Shown in pieces: positions 18,424-27,588 of a DNA stretch of 32,000 nucleotides; the stretch's first letter is position 1; each line of letters opens with the position of its first letter. The notes under the pieces were generated by a model. That model was not told the origin of the DNA and made no database searches. It was given only the letters and a program-made list of their open reading frames with translations. The position numbers were made by a program, and so were the translations under genes. The stretch comes from Edaphobacter aggregans. Its GTDB lineage: Bacteria; Acidobacteriota; Terriglobia; Terriglobales; Acidobacteriaceae. Location of the stretch: NCBI RefSeq assembly GCF_003945235.1, contig NZ_RSDW01000001.1:1620001-1652000 (forward strand), in the 5' to 3' direction.

Positions 18424-19743
18424 ATGATCTCTCGACGTGAATTTCTAGACGGCCTCGCCGCAACTGCCGCAGGTGCAGCCATCAGTTCCACCGCCAAAAG
18501 CTACGCCCAGATTATCGGCGCCAACGACCGCGTCAACTTCGCCATCCTCGGCCTCAACGGACGCGGCTACGCCCACCTCTCCGCCCTCAAGAACAACGAT
18601 GCCTCCGCCCGCGTCACCCATGTCTGCGACGTCGACACCACCATCCTCAAGAAGTTCTCCGGCAGGGCCGAAAAAGAGCTAGGCTACGCCCCCACTGCCG
18701 ACCAGGACTACCGCAAGATCCTCGCCTCCAAAGACGTCGACGCAATCACCGTCGCCCTACCCGACCACTGGCATGCCCCCATGGCCATCCTCGGCCTCCA
18801 GTCCGGCAAGCACGTCTACGTCGAAAAGCCCTCCAGCCACAACCCCCGCGAGGGCGAACTCCTCATCGAAGCCCAGAAGAAATACGGCAAGCTAGTCCAG
18901 GTCGGCGACCAGCAACGCTCCTCCGACTACACCATCAAAATCATCCAGCAGGTACACGACGGTCTCATCGGCGAACCCTACTACGCCAAGGCCTGGTACG
19001 TGAACAAGCGCAAGTCCATGGGCTACGGTAAACCCGCCGCCGTACCCGCGACTCTCAACTGGGACCTCTGGCAAGGCCCCGCACCGCGCTCCGAGTACGT
19101 CGACAACGTCCACCCCTATAACTGGCACTGGCTCACCCGCTACGGCACCGGAGAAACCCTCAACAACGGCACCCACGAAGTCGACGTCTGCCGTTGGGCG
19201 CTGGGCGTCGAATATCCCACCCGCGTCACCGCCTCCGGTGGCCGCTACAACTTCAAGGACGACTGGCAGTTCTACGACACCCTCAACACCAGCTTCGAGT
19301 ACCCCGGCAAAATGATCAGTTGGGAAGGCCGCTGCTGCCAGGGCATGAAGATCTACGACCGCGAGCGCGGCTCCTCCATCCTCGGCACCAAAGGCTCCCT
19401 CCTCATCGACCGCGACGGCTACGAGCTCTACGATTGGAACGGCAAGAAGACCGACGAGTTCAAAACTGGCTCCCAGACCTCAAGCACCGACACCGTCGGA
19501 CGCGACTCCATGACCGACGCCCACTTCCTCAACTTCATCAACGGCATCCGCCGCGGCGAGAAGCTGAACTCGCCCATCCCCGTAGCCAACGTCAGCGTGA
19601 CGATGCTGCAGCTCTCCAACATCGCCTACTTCACCAACCACGAACTGACCATCGACACAGCAACCGGCCACGTCAAGAACGACCCCGAAGCCATGAAGCA
19701 CTGGGGCCGTAGCTACGAAAAGGGCTGGGAAGTCAAAGTCTAA
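18424..19743 (+). CDS. Gfo/Idh/MocA-family oxidoreductase with twin-arginine signal
   Basis: TAT motif SRREFL plus an AxA-like cleavage region. Rossmann segment VNFAILGLNGRGYAH, then EKP motif VYVEKP. AAGGAG lies 7 nt upstream of the ATG. Confidence 0.9.
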   Translation: MISRREFLDGLAATAAGAAISSTAKSYAQIIGANDRVNFAILGLNGRGYAHLSALKNNDASARVTHVCDVDTTILKKFSGRAEKELGYAPTADQDYRKILASKDVDAITVALPDHWHAPMAILGLQSGKHVYVEKPSSHNPREGELLIEAQKKYGKLVQVGDQQRSSDYTIKIIQQVHDGLIGEPYYAKAWYVNKRKSMGYGKPAAVPATLNWDLWQGPAPRSEYVDNVHPYNWHWLTRYGTGETLNNGTHEVDVCRWALGVEYPTRVTASGGRYNFKDDWQFYDTLNTSFEYPGKMISWEGRCCQGMKIYDRERGSSILGTKGSLLIDRDGYELYDWNGKKTDEFKTGSQTSSTDTVGRDSMTDAHFLNFINGIRRGEKLNSPIPVANVSVTMLQLSNIAYFTNHELTIDTATGHVKNDPEAMKHWGRSYEKGWEVKV

Positions 19744-19770
19744 CGAACATCCCGTACTCCAACTGAAAAG

Positions 19771-19796
19771 GGTCGTCCACAAGGGCGGCCTTTTTT
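19771..19796 (+). terminator. Rho-independent terminator after the oxidoreductase gene
   Basis: GGTCGTCC (19771-19778), loop ACAA, GGGCGGCC (19783-19790). This is an 8-bp stem with two G-U pairs, followed by TTTTTT (19791-19796), 28 nt after the stop codon. Confidence 0.7.
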
Positions 19797-19816
19797 CTTG
19801 CTCCTAACGGGTTTCT

Positions 19817-19962
19817 GCCGTTGCCGCTGCTGTTGCTGTTGTTTGTCCTTTTAGTTGTCATCCTTGAAGAGGATCCGCATCTGTCGTGGCCTGTCCTTCT
19901 GTCTCACTGCACGAAAATTTGTCATTTCGACCGAAGCTGCTCACGGTCTTATCGTGAGCAGC
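19817..19962. repeat. intergenic repeat block (triplet-periodic tract plus two TTGTCATYY hairpin units)
   Basis: Nine consecutive GYY triplets (19817-19843). TTGTCATCC (19855-19863) is followed by ATCCT/AGGAT. TTGTCATTT (19919-19927) is followed by the perfect 9-bp inverted repeat GCTGCTCAC/GTGAGCAGC (19936-19962). Same core as at 5496. Confidence 0.55.
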
Positions 19963-20037
19963 GCAGCGGAGAAACCTGCTTCTCTACCAACACAGCTTCC
20001 TGGCCAGCGAAATTTTTTCTCATCCACAGAGACCGTC

Positions 20038-21552
20038 CTACCAGGCCCCCTGCTTCCCGCCATACCACCACACCAACCCAACCGTAAGCGTGTCCTGATT
20101 CTGCGAAAGCACCCCAACCCTATTCGTCAAAAAGAACGGCACATTGGTCCAATCACGCCGATACTCCAGCCGCGACAGCAGCCCATCCGACACCTTGAAC
20201 TCATATGTCCCGGTAAACTCCTTCAGCGCCTGCGTCGTCCCGCTGAACAAACCACCGCGATCCGAAAAATACTCCGTCCGCCCCGCCAGCGCCATCCGCG
20301 GAGTCCACTGATACCGCGCATACCCCGCTCCCCCAATCACATGCTTCGGAGCCGATGACATCCCAGGCCCCGCATGCGCCCACACCCTCGAAACCTCATA
20401 ATCTCCCTCCAGCGCCAGCGTCACCTTCGGCGTCGCATTCCAGGTCGCATACGTATCGAAGATGTGCAGCTTGCCATCCGGCGCCGGAGTAATCGGAGCC
20501 AGACACAGCCCCGGCTGCACTGGAGTCCCGCAGCCCGACACCGGCGTTACATCCGGATTGTCCTGCCCAAGATAGTAGTTCACCGTCCACGAAATATTCT
20601 TCGTCGGCTGAGCAACAAACCCAAACAACTCATCCTTGAACGAGTTCGTAGGCTCCGACTGCTCCGTCCCATTCACAATCCAGTAATTCGCCGACAGCTT
20701 ATCGTTGATCTTGTAGTTAGCCCGAACCCCCATGTGGTAGAATGGCAGATAATTGAACCAGAACGACCGCGTGTAATTCATCTGGTCCTTCGTATAGTTC
20801 CCTTCAATCCCAATCGAACTCGCCCACTTCCCAAAATCCACCGTCAGTCCCTTGCTCAAAGGAAACACATACGTCCCATACGCCTGAAAGATGTTTCTAT
20901 AGACCTCGGGCCGAGGCTCATTCGCCGGATTGCCCTGTAACGTCTCCGTAGCCTGCCCAAACTGTAAATCCAGCCGAACCCCGTAACGCCGCCCCTCCTC
21001 GACACTGGGATCAAGCGCCAGAACAACGCCCGCCTGATTCAAACTGAACGCATTGCTCAGCACATCGTAGGCCCGCAGATATTGCACGCGCCCAATCGGA
21101 TGATTGAAGTCATACCCATAGTAGCCATCGAAGTAATAATTGAGGGTAGCTCCCCCCGGCAACTGAGCAGGCAAGGGAAGAGCCTGCGATCCAGGCGCGT
21201 TGGCAGCAGCCGTCGCACTCTGAGCATTCACCGCACCCACCGGCCCAGTCGCATCAGCCACAACCGGCATCGACGTAGCATCCGCTTCCGCCACCACCGC
21301 GCTCGACAAACTCGAAGAAGCCGCCGACACCACCGCCCCATCCGCAGCCGGAGCGTTCACCACCGTCTGCCGCTGATTCAACTGCTTCTCCAGCACAGCA
21401 ACACGCTGCGTCAAATCGCGCACCGTTTGCCGCAACTCCTCCACCTCAGCATCCTTCGAAGAAGCAGCCACTTGTGCCTCAACCCGGACACCAACCAGCA
21501 GCGACAACAAAACCAGAACAGCGCAAAACACAAATCGACTGATTGAACGCAT
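20038..21552 (-). CDS. outer-membrane beta-barrel porin with N-terminal coiled coil
   Basis: 504 aa. Signal peptide (VFCAVLVLLSLLVGVRVEAQ), heptad-like segment EELRQTVRDLTQRVAVLEKQL, then alternating aromatic/Gly-rich beta-strand pattern ending in an aromatic residue (..GKQGAW). It resembles OmpL-like 'bbp2' porins by recollection. Confidence 0.7.
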   Translation of the reverse strand: MRSISRFVFCAVLVLLSLLVGVRVEAQVAASSKDAEVEELRQTVRDLTQRVAVLEKQLNQRQTVVNAPAADGAVVSAASSSLSSAVVAEADATSMPVVADATGPVGAVNAQSATAAANAPGSQALPLPAQLPGGATLNYYFDGYYGYDFNHPIGRVQYLRAYDVLSNAFSLNQAGVVLALDPSVEEGRRYGVRLDLQFGQATETLQGNPANEPRPEVYRNIFQAYGTYVFPLSKGLTVDFGKWASSIGIEGNYTKDQMNYTRSFWFNYLPFYHMGVRANYKINDKLSANYWIVNGTEQSEPTNSFKDELFGFVAQPTKNISWTVNYYLGQDNPDVTPVSGCGTPVQPGLCLAPITPAPDGKLHIFDTYATWNATPKVTLALEGDYEVSRVWAHAGPGMSSAPKHVIGGAGYARYQWTPRMALAGRTEYFSDRGGLFSGTTQALKEFTGTYEFKVSDGLLSRLEYRRDWTNVPFFLTNRVGVLSQNQDTLTVGLVWWYGGKQGAW

Positions 21553-21771
21553 AAACCTACCTCTCTAAAGGTCTCCAGCAGAACACAAACCGCATAGATT
21601 TTTCATAAAGGCCCCATAACGAAACCCTAATCAACCCGTAAGAGAATCTCCGATAAATCTCCTGCCATCTTTAGTCTTTGCGCATGTTCGTCATCCATTA
21701 CGCCTTTTTTACGAGCGAAGTAGTGAAATATACATGGTCGCGCTGAACAACGCCGCCAGGAGAAAACTGAG

Positions 21772-21996
21772 GTGAACACCTTTCTTACCCGCAGACCGCT
21801 TCTCGTAAATGCCACACAATGCACTCAACCCACCACTATCTTCACTCACTGCGGCCATCGCAAAGCCTATCCCGGAGACTGGATCATCGAAGGCGAAAAT
21901 GACGATCGCTACATCGTCGACAACACCTTCTTCCAGCTCGCCTTCGCTCCCATCCCTTCGGAGTCCTCGAACGAAGGACGACACTACGGCTGCTAG
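21772..21996 (+). CDS. small hypothetical protein (PGDWII motif)
   Basis: 74 aa. GTG start with AGGAGA (21758-21763) 8 nt upstream. The C-terminal two-thirds has strong GC3 coding periodicity. The motif AYPGDWIIEGENDDRYIVDNTFF is reminiscent of small beta-rich proteins often seen in phage and other accessory contexts (weak recollection). Confidence 0.45.
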   Translation: MNTFLTRRPLLVNATQCTQPTTIFTHCGHRKAYPGDWIIEGENDDRYIVDNTFFQLAFAPIPSESSNEGRHYGC

Positions 21997-22175
21997 TTCC
22001 GCCACCCAACCTTGCTCATCACAACCCACCTGACCCACCGCACCTCAAGGGCCAGCAAAAGAAAAGCGCAGTGCATAGCATGCCTCTCGTATGCGAACCT
22101 CCAGAACCCCCGCTCTTATCTCTTACCTCCGAAGCAACTCCTAGCGAGCAGCAAGCGTGTAAGCAAAACCTATCG

Positions 22176-22697
22176 ATGCAGACACGCAAAGCACAGTCGC
22201 GAGACGCGAGAGCCATCCAGCAACTCATCGATAGCTTCACCCACGACGGCACACTGCTTCCACGTTCCTACTCGGAGATCTGCCAAAATATCGACACCTT
22301 CACGGTCGTCGAGTCAGAAGGCGGCCAGTTCATCGGCTGTGCAGCACTCCATGTCTACGGCCCTCACCTCGCTGAGGTGCGCTCCATCGTCGTCCGCCCA
22401 GATATCGCAGGACACGGAGCAGGCAGCCTCCTCGTCCAATCCCTCCTGCGTCAGGCGGAGCAGCGCGGCATCCAATGCGTCTGCCTCTTCACCCGCATTC
22501 CAACCTTCTTCGAACACTTCCGCTTCCAGATCACGCAACACCAGTTGTTCCGAGACAAAGCCCTGAAAGACTGCCAGCACTGTGCAAGACGCAACGCCTG
22601 CGACGAAACCGTGATGGCCCTCGGAAAGCTGCCCCCACTTCTTCCCGACTCCACACATCACCCGCAACATGGAGGATTCGTGCAGTTGCAACTTTGA
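22176..22697 (+). CDS. GNAT N-acetyltransferase, short ArgA/NAGS-like family
   Basis: MQTRKAQSRDARAIQQLID...LLPRSYSEICQNIDTFTVVE..IGCAALHVYGPHLAEVRSIVVRPD..GHGAGSLLV and a C-terminal KDCQHCARRNACDE motif fit the COG1246-type short amino-acid acetyltransferases. The track ORF starts at 22071 (GTG). I use the ATG at 22176, which aligns with the family N-terminus. Confidence 0.8.
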   Translation: MQTRKAQSRDARAIQQLIDSFTHDGTLLPRSYSEICQNIDTFTVVESEGGQFIGCAALHVYGPHLAEVRSIVVRPDIAGHGAGSLLVQSLLRQAEQRGIQCVCLFTRIPTFFEHFRFQITQHQLFRDKALKDCQHCARRNACDETVMALGKLPPLLPDSTHHPQHGGFVQLQL

Positions 22698-22854
22698 TTA
22701 CCCATCCTGCCGAGTGAATAGCAGACGCGGCCAAAACACTGCTACTGTCAATGACATTCGATGGTAGAGATGAAACGAATGCGGTCATCGCCATAAACGA
22801 ATGCAAGAGCTCACAAGTTTCTGCTGCACTTAGAACCTTGGAAAGGAAAGAAAG

Positions 22855-23031
22855 ATGGAATACGACAAATTCAAAAATGATGCTTCGGTCTACCAATCCA
22901 CTGCCCGCGCCGAAGACGGAATCCAGCCGCAAGGCCGATGGAGCGCCCTATGTGAAGGCGTACTCATTCCTATCGGCTCACTCTTCGCAGTCTTTCTGAC
23001 CATGCTCGGTCTCATGCTGATCGCTGACTAG
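22855..23031 (+). CDS. candidate 58-aa tail-anchored membrane protein (below the track's 60-aa cutoff)
   Basis: ATG preceded by GGAAAGGAAAGAAAG. Translation MEYDKFKNDASVYQSTARAEDGIQPQGRWSALCEGVLIPIGSLFAVFLTMLGLMLIAD has one C-terminal TM helix. Third positions are mostly C/G. Confidence 0.3.
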   Translation: MEYDKFKNDASVYQSTARAEDGIQPQGRWSALCEGVLIPIGSLFAVFLTMLGLMLIAD

Positions 23032-23074
23032 GCACCCGTTCTGGCACAAAATCGAGAATGGCGACTCCGGAGAT

Positions 23075-25192
23075 CTACCCTGCCACCACAATCTCCGAAA
23101 AATCCGCGATCCCTGAAAAATCCCCCAGCACCTTCTCCAGCAGCGCCAGTCGATTCGCCCGCACTGCCTCATCCGGAGCCATCACCATCACTGCATCGAA
23201 AAACGCATCCACCTGAGGCCGCAGCGTAGCAATCGCCTCCAGCGCCGCAGCATAACTCTTCTCCGCACGCAACGAAGAAACCCGCACAGCCAACTCCGTT
23301 GATCGCGCCGCCAGCGCCTTCTCCGTAGGCTCCGTCAACAAAACATCCTCCACACGAGCACCTGAAGCAATCCCCTTCTCTCCAGCCTGCGAAAGAATAT
23401 TCTTCATCCGCTTGAACGCCGCCGAGACCGCAGCAAAATCGCCCGTATCTCCGGAGGAAGCCCCGCGCACCGCAGTTACAGCTTCCGCCCGAGCGACCGC
23501 ATCCCGAACATCCTCCGCCCCCGCAGCGAGCACGGCCTTCACCACGTCATAAGCCTGCCCCTTCACCTCGCGCAGATAGAACTCCAACCGTTCCTGCAGG
23601 AATCCAAGCACCTTCGCCGCCAGCGCTTCATTCTGCCCGCAGGCCGCACCTGCAACCTCACGCAGCGTCAGCGGCAACGCAACCCCGCTCTCCGCCAGAA
23701 TCTTCACAATCCCATTCGCCGCCCGCCGCAGCGCAAACGGATCCTTCGATCCCGTAGGCTCCAGCCCGAGCCCAAACATCCCGGCAATCGTATCCGCCTT
23801 GTCGGCAATCGCCAGCAACGCACCCTCAACCGTCCGCGGAACCGAGTCGTCCATCGACTCCGGCTTGTACTGGTCATAGATCGCATCGCTCACAGCAGCC
23901 GAATATCCCTGAGCCCGCGCATACAACCCACCCACAACTCCCTGCAACTCCGTAAACTCCTTCACCAACTCCGTCGTCAGATCGGTCTTCGCCAGCACTA
24001 CAGCCTCATCCAAAGCCACCGGATTCAAATCACATCCACGAGCCAGCACCAACCCCGCCAACGCCGAAGCCAACTTCCGCACCCGCGCCGACTTCGCCGC
24101 ATAACTCCCAAGCTCTTTCTGAAACGTAACGTTCTTCAGCAACTCAACGCGTTCCTTCAAACACACCCGCTGATCGAACTCCCAGAAGAATCGCGCATCA
24201 TTAAACCTCGCCCGCAGCACCCGCTCATTCCCATGCCGAATCACCGCCTCACCCGCAGCATCAGTCTCCGTATTCAACACCGCCAGAAAATGCGGAGCCA
24301 GCTTCCCATCCTTATCCTCCACAGCAAAGTAGCTCTGATGATCCCGCATCACTGTCACCAGAACCTCCTCCGGCAGCGCCAGAAACTCCGGCTCAAATCC
24401 ACCCAGAATCACCGAGGGCCACTCCGTCAGATGAGTCAGCTTATCCACCAACCCATGATCCTCACGCCACCGCAACCCTTCCACCGTCCGCGTTACCTTA
24501 TCCAGAGCCTTCCGAATCCTCTGCCGCCGCACCTCCACACCGGCAAGCACAAAGCCCGCAAGCAAAGCATCCTCATACTCACTCGGAGCCTTCACGGCAA
24601 TCGCCCCATCCCCAAACAAAACCCGATGCCCATACGTCACCGCACCGGCCTCATACCCACCAAAACTCACCGGAACCGTCGCCTCACCCAGCAACGCGAC
24701 CATCCACCGCACCGGCCTCACAAACCGCTCCGGCTTGCCCGCCCGCCAGTACATATTCTTCGCCCAATAAATTCCCGCCAGTTCCTTCGGCAACTCCGCC
24801 GCAATCACCTCCGCAGCCCCCCGCCCAACCTTCACTACCGTCGCCGCAAGATACTCACCTTTCGCATTCGTAACCGTCTTCAGCTCCTCAACAGCCACGC
24901 CAGCCTTCTTCGCAAATGCCAACGCCGCCGGAGTAGCCACCCCATCCTTGTACGCGACCTTCACCGAAGGCCCCACCATCTCCTCCGCAACATCCTCCTG
25001 TCGCTCCGCAACATCTTTCACCCAAACCGCAAGCCGCCGCGGAGTAGCAAAGCTCTTGCTCTCCACCCCCGACGCCACAAGCCGCTCCCGCTCCAGCATC
25101 TTCACCACACGCTGCTCAAGCTCAGCCTGTGCCCCGGCGATCATCCGCGCCGGAACCTCCTCCAACCCAATCTCAAACAAAAACTCCGCCAT
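23075..25192 (-). CDS. glyS: glycine--tRNA ligase beta subunit
   Basis: MAEFLFEIGLEEVPARM matches the GlyS N-terminus (..LvEIGtEElP). Length is about 705 aa and it sits downstream of glyQ. The track ORF begins upstream at a TTG (25219); I prefer the ATG at 25192. Confidence 0.95.
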   Translation of the reverse strand: MAEFLFEIGLEEVPARMIAGAQAELEQRVVKMLERERLVASGVESKSFATPRRLAVWVKDVAERQEDVAEEMVGPSVKVAYKDGVATPAALAFAKKAGVAVEELKTVTNAKGEYLAATVVKVGRGAAEVIAAELPKELAGIYWAKNMYWRAGKPERFVRPVRWMVALLGEATVPVSFGGYEAGAVTYGHRVLFGDGAIAVKAPSEYEDALLAGFVLAGVEVRRQRIRKALDKVTRTVEGLRWREDHGLVDKLTHLTEWPSVILGGFEPEFLALPEEVLVTVMRDHQSYFAVEDKDGKLAPHFLAVLNTETDAAGEAVIRHGNERVLRARFNDARFFWEFDQRVCLKERVELLKNVTFQKELGSYAAKSARVRKLASALAGLVLARGCDLNPVALDEAVVLAKTDLTTELVKEFTELQGVVGGLYARAQGYSAAVSDAIYDQYKPESMDDSVPRTVEGALLAIADKADTIAGMFGLGLEPTGSKDPFALRRAANGIVKILAESGVALPLTLREVAGAACGQNEALAAKVLGFLQERLEFYLREVKGQAYDVVKAVLAAGAEDVRDAVARAEAVTAVRGASSGDTGDFAAVSAAFKRMKNILSQAGEKGIASGARVEDVLLTEPTEKALAARSTELAVRVSSLRAEKSYAAALEAIATLRPQVDAFFDAVMVMAPDEAVRANRLALLEKVLGDFSGIADFSEIVVAG

Positions 25193-25259
25193 CGCTCTCA
25201 ACTCAAATCCCGCCATCAAGGCGCATCTCGAAATCGATCAAACACAAATGTTCGGGTGC

Positions 25260-25289
25260 CCCATCCTTCGCGCTTTTGCGAAGGGTGGG
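25260..25289. repeat. hairpin element in the glyQ-glyS spacer
   Basis: CCCATCCTTCGC (25260-25271), loop GCTTTT, GCGAAGGGTGGG (25278-25289). This is a 12-bp stem with one T-G position (it would be C-A in the minus-strand mRNA). GCGAAGGGTGGG-type hairpins look like a dispersed acidobacterial repeat, by recollection only. Confidence 0.5.
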
Positions 25290-25300
25290 AGAGTAGCCAC

Positions 25301-26278
25301 TCAACCCGCCACAACCTCAGCATCCAGCGCCGCCAAAGCCACACCCTGAGCCGCATAAGCTTTAGCGACACCCACCACCAGCGTCCGAATCCGCGCCATC
25401 ACACCCACACGCTCAGTCACCGAAATCGCCCCGCGAGCATCCAGCAAATTAAAAACATGCGAGCACTTCAGCGCCAGCTCATAAGCCCCCAGCACCGGAA
25501 ACCGCTTCAGCATCAGAGCATCCATCCCCTCAAAACCCTTGGCCTTCTCCAGCAGCGCCAGACACTCCGCCTCATACAACTCCAAGTGTTTCCATAAAGA
25601 TCCCACATCCGCATAGTCGAAGCTGTAGGCCGAAAACTGCTCCTCCTCGGCCAGCCGCATCTCGCCATACGTCACCTTGCGGCCCGTATCGCGTTCCACC
25701 GCCCACACAATGTCATAGATCGAATCCACATCCTGCAGAAACCCGGCAATCCGCTCCAACCCATACGTAATCTCGCCGCAGATCGGATCCAGATCCATCC
25801 CGCCACACTGCTGAAAGTATGTGAACTGAGTAATCTCCAACCCATCAAGCATCACCTGCCATCCAACGCCCCACGCGCCACCGACAGGCCACTCCCAGTT
25901 GTCCTCTTCGAACTTGATGTCATGCTCTTTCAGATCAATCCCAATCGCCATCAGCGATTCCAGATAAAGCTCCTGAATCCTCACCGGTGGCGGCTTCAAA
26001 ATCACCTGTAACTGCGTATGCCGAAACAGCCGATTCGGATTCTCCCCATACCGTCCATCCGCCGGCCGCCGCGAAGGCTGCGCATAAGCAATCCTCACCG
26101 GCTTAGGCCCAAGCACCCTGAGAAACGTATCTGGAGACATAGTCCCCGCGCCCACCTCAACGTCATAAGGCTGCTGCAAAACACACCCCTGCTCTGCCCA
26201 GAACCGCTGCAGCCTGAACAAAAGCTCCTGAAACGTAAGCGCACGTTGCTCCCCGACCCTTGAAACCGATTCAGTCAT
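25301..26278 (-). CDS. glyQ: glycine--tRNA ligase alpha subunit
   Basis: [44 protein letters not shown]...[20 protein letters not shown] is near-identical in pattern to the GlyQ core. I use the ATG at 26278 rather than the TTG at 26341 that overlaps the upstream stop. Confidence 0.95.
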   Translation of the reverse strand: MTESVSRVGEQRALTFQELLFRLQRFWAEQGCVLQQPYDVEVGAGTMSPDTFLRVLGPKPVRIAYAQPSRRPADGRYGENPNRLFRHTQLQVILKPPPVRIQELYLESLMAIGIDLKEHDIKFEEDNWEWPVGGAWGVGWQVMLDGLEITQFTYFQQCGGMDLDPICGEITYGLERIAGFLQDVDSIYDIVWAVERDTGRKVTYGEMRLAEEEQFSAYSFDYADVGSLWKHLELYEAECLALLEKAKGFEGMDALMLKRFPVLGAYELALKCSHVFNLLDARGAISVTERVGVMARIRTLVVGVAKAYAAQGVALAALDAEVVAG

Positions 26279-26337
26279 ATCTCTCTCATCAATATCCGGC
26301 AATCCTTTGATTCTACCGTCTCGAAGCCCCGCCCTCC

Positions 26338-27420
26338 TCAATTCGGCTTTGTAAGTACGTGCCGGTTGCCAATCTCTGGGGCGAGCGACGGATCACCAGG
26401 CACCGTCGTCGGATCGGACTGCACCTTCGCATCCGGAACCGGAACTGAAATTCCCGCCGGGCGGATGAAGAAGTGATTGCCCTTGTCAATCTTTACCGCC
26501 ATCCCATATTCGCCCGCAGAAAACTTTGCCGGGCGCGGAAACTCTACGATGTACCGCTCCCGCACCATCGTCATAAATCGATTCAAAGTCAATTCAAGTC
26601 CACTTTCCTTCGTCATTTGCACAATGCCCCCGCTCAATTCGCACAAAGATTGGAACGGATTCTCACGGTTCGCTCTCTCCAGAAAAACCGAACCGGCACC
26701 CCACGGAACAGGCACTACTCCAAAAACCGCTATCCCCGACTCCTGATCGTAAAGTCTTAGCGCATTCCACGGATTCACACTCCCCTTATCATTCCCATCC
26801 GTCACCGCGAGAATCACCCTCCGCCCAGGAAGCCTGTACAACTGCTCGCTGATGACAGTCATCGCATCCCAAAGATGAATCGGATTCCGACACGGCGCCG
26901 CACCCTTGTCTTTTACGCGATTCGTCCACGACTCTAACGCTTTGTCGACCCCTTCCTTCAGTTGCAAACGGTCGGCTGGAACACCACTTGCAGTTCGATT
27001 CAACTCACAATCCAACGCATAAATAGAAACATGATCCTTCGCATGAAGAGACAGCGGTGCAAGATTCGTGATCGCATCGCCAACCTTCGGCATCAACTCT
27101 GCTGCACCGGTTACATCCAGCAGAATGGACAGCGAAATCGGATCGTCATCCTCAAGACGAACATGCGACGCATGAAACCACGGTCCCTCATCAAAGTTCA
27201 CCCAAAATCTGTTCGCCGCAATTGGCTTCGCAATCCGCTCCCGATTCGGCCCGAGCACCAACACGGGTATCTGGATCGTATTCGCATAAACATGCAGCGT
27301 CGTCACGCCCCCATCCTGCATCGTCGGTTGATCCTGCGCTGCGAGCGTCCCTCCACTCCAAGCCCACAACCCACTCAGCAGAATCCCGGCACTTCCCGCC
27401 ATCAGCCGATGACTCACCAT
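26338..27420 (-). CDS. secreted VWA-domain protein (VWFA-related acidobacterial domain type)
   Basis: 360 aa. Signal peptide ending TLAAQ. An N-terminal beta region ([17 protein letters not shown]..) is followed by a VWA-like core [12 protein letters not shown]...HVSIYALD...[13 protein letters not shown]. The MIDAS position reads DVTGA, not DxSxS. Confidence 0.75.
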   Translation of the reverse strand: MVSHRLMAGSAGILLSGLWAWSGGTLAAQDQPTMQDGGVTTLHVYANTIQIPVLVLGPNRERIAKPIAANRFWVNFDEGPWFHASHVRLEDDDPISLSILLDVTGAAELMPKVGDAITNLAPLSLHAKDHVSIYALDCELNRTASGVPADRLQLKEGVDKALESWTNRVKDKGAAPCRNPIHLWDAMTVISEQLYRLPGRRVILAVTDGNDKGSVNPWNALRLYDQESGIAVFGVVPVPWGAGSVFLERANRENPFQSLCELSGGIVQMTKESGLELTLNRFMTMVRERYIVEFPRPAKFSAGEYGMAVKIDKGNHFFIRPAGISVPVPDAKVQSDPTTVPGDPSLAPEIGNRHVLTKPN

Positions 27421-27431
27421 CTCCCCGAAAG

Positions 27432-27588
27432 TATGCCAGAGAAACGCGCGGAGGTCTCTCTATCGCGCTAGCCCTATCCGTCCCCGCCGATCAAGGCCGT
27501 TCCCTGGATCCTCGCCACCACCTACGTCGTAGTCGTCTTTTCCATCGTCATCCAGGGCGGCTCGATGGACCTCTTCCTCCGCCGCTTC
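27432..27588 (+). pseudogene. 3'-terminal remnant of a CPA1-type Na+/H+ antiporter gene (frameshifted, 5' part missing)
   Basis: Frame A (27432-27494) reads YARETRGGLSIALALSVPADQ, matching the conserved (W)aGmRGavSlAlALslP motif. Frame B (27496-27588) reads AVPWILATTYVVVVFSIVIQGGSMDLFLRRF, matching the last TM helix (..tf.VVlfSllvQG.t...LlrrL). Frame B has a TAG at 27469-27471, so a 1-nt indel near 27490-27500 is needed to join the two frames. No upstream part exists, because the VWA gene start abuts at 27420. Confidence 0.6.

Noticed and set aside
19821-20087. 88-aa ORF beginning MPLLLLLFVLLVVIL.
   Set aside because: It is generated by the GYY triplet tract and hairpin repeats of an intergenic element. 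It overlaps the porin 3' end and shows no coding periodicity beyond the repeat.
21772-22697. Small ORF plus GNAT as a possible GNAT-toxin/antitoxin (TacT/AtaT-like) pair.
   Set aside because: The GNAT matches the short ArgA/NAGS-like family, including its C-terminal Cys motif. The upstream protein has no RHH/DUF1778-like features. The genes are 180 nt apart rather than coupled.
23042-23058. TGGCAC hexamer resembling the -24 element of a sigma-54 promoter.
   Set aside because: The required TTGC -12 element at the correct spacing is absent (the sequence reads CGAGA). The site also lies between convergent gene ends.
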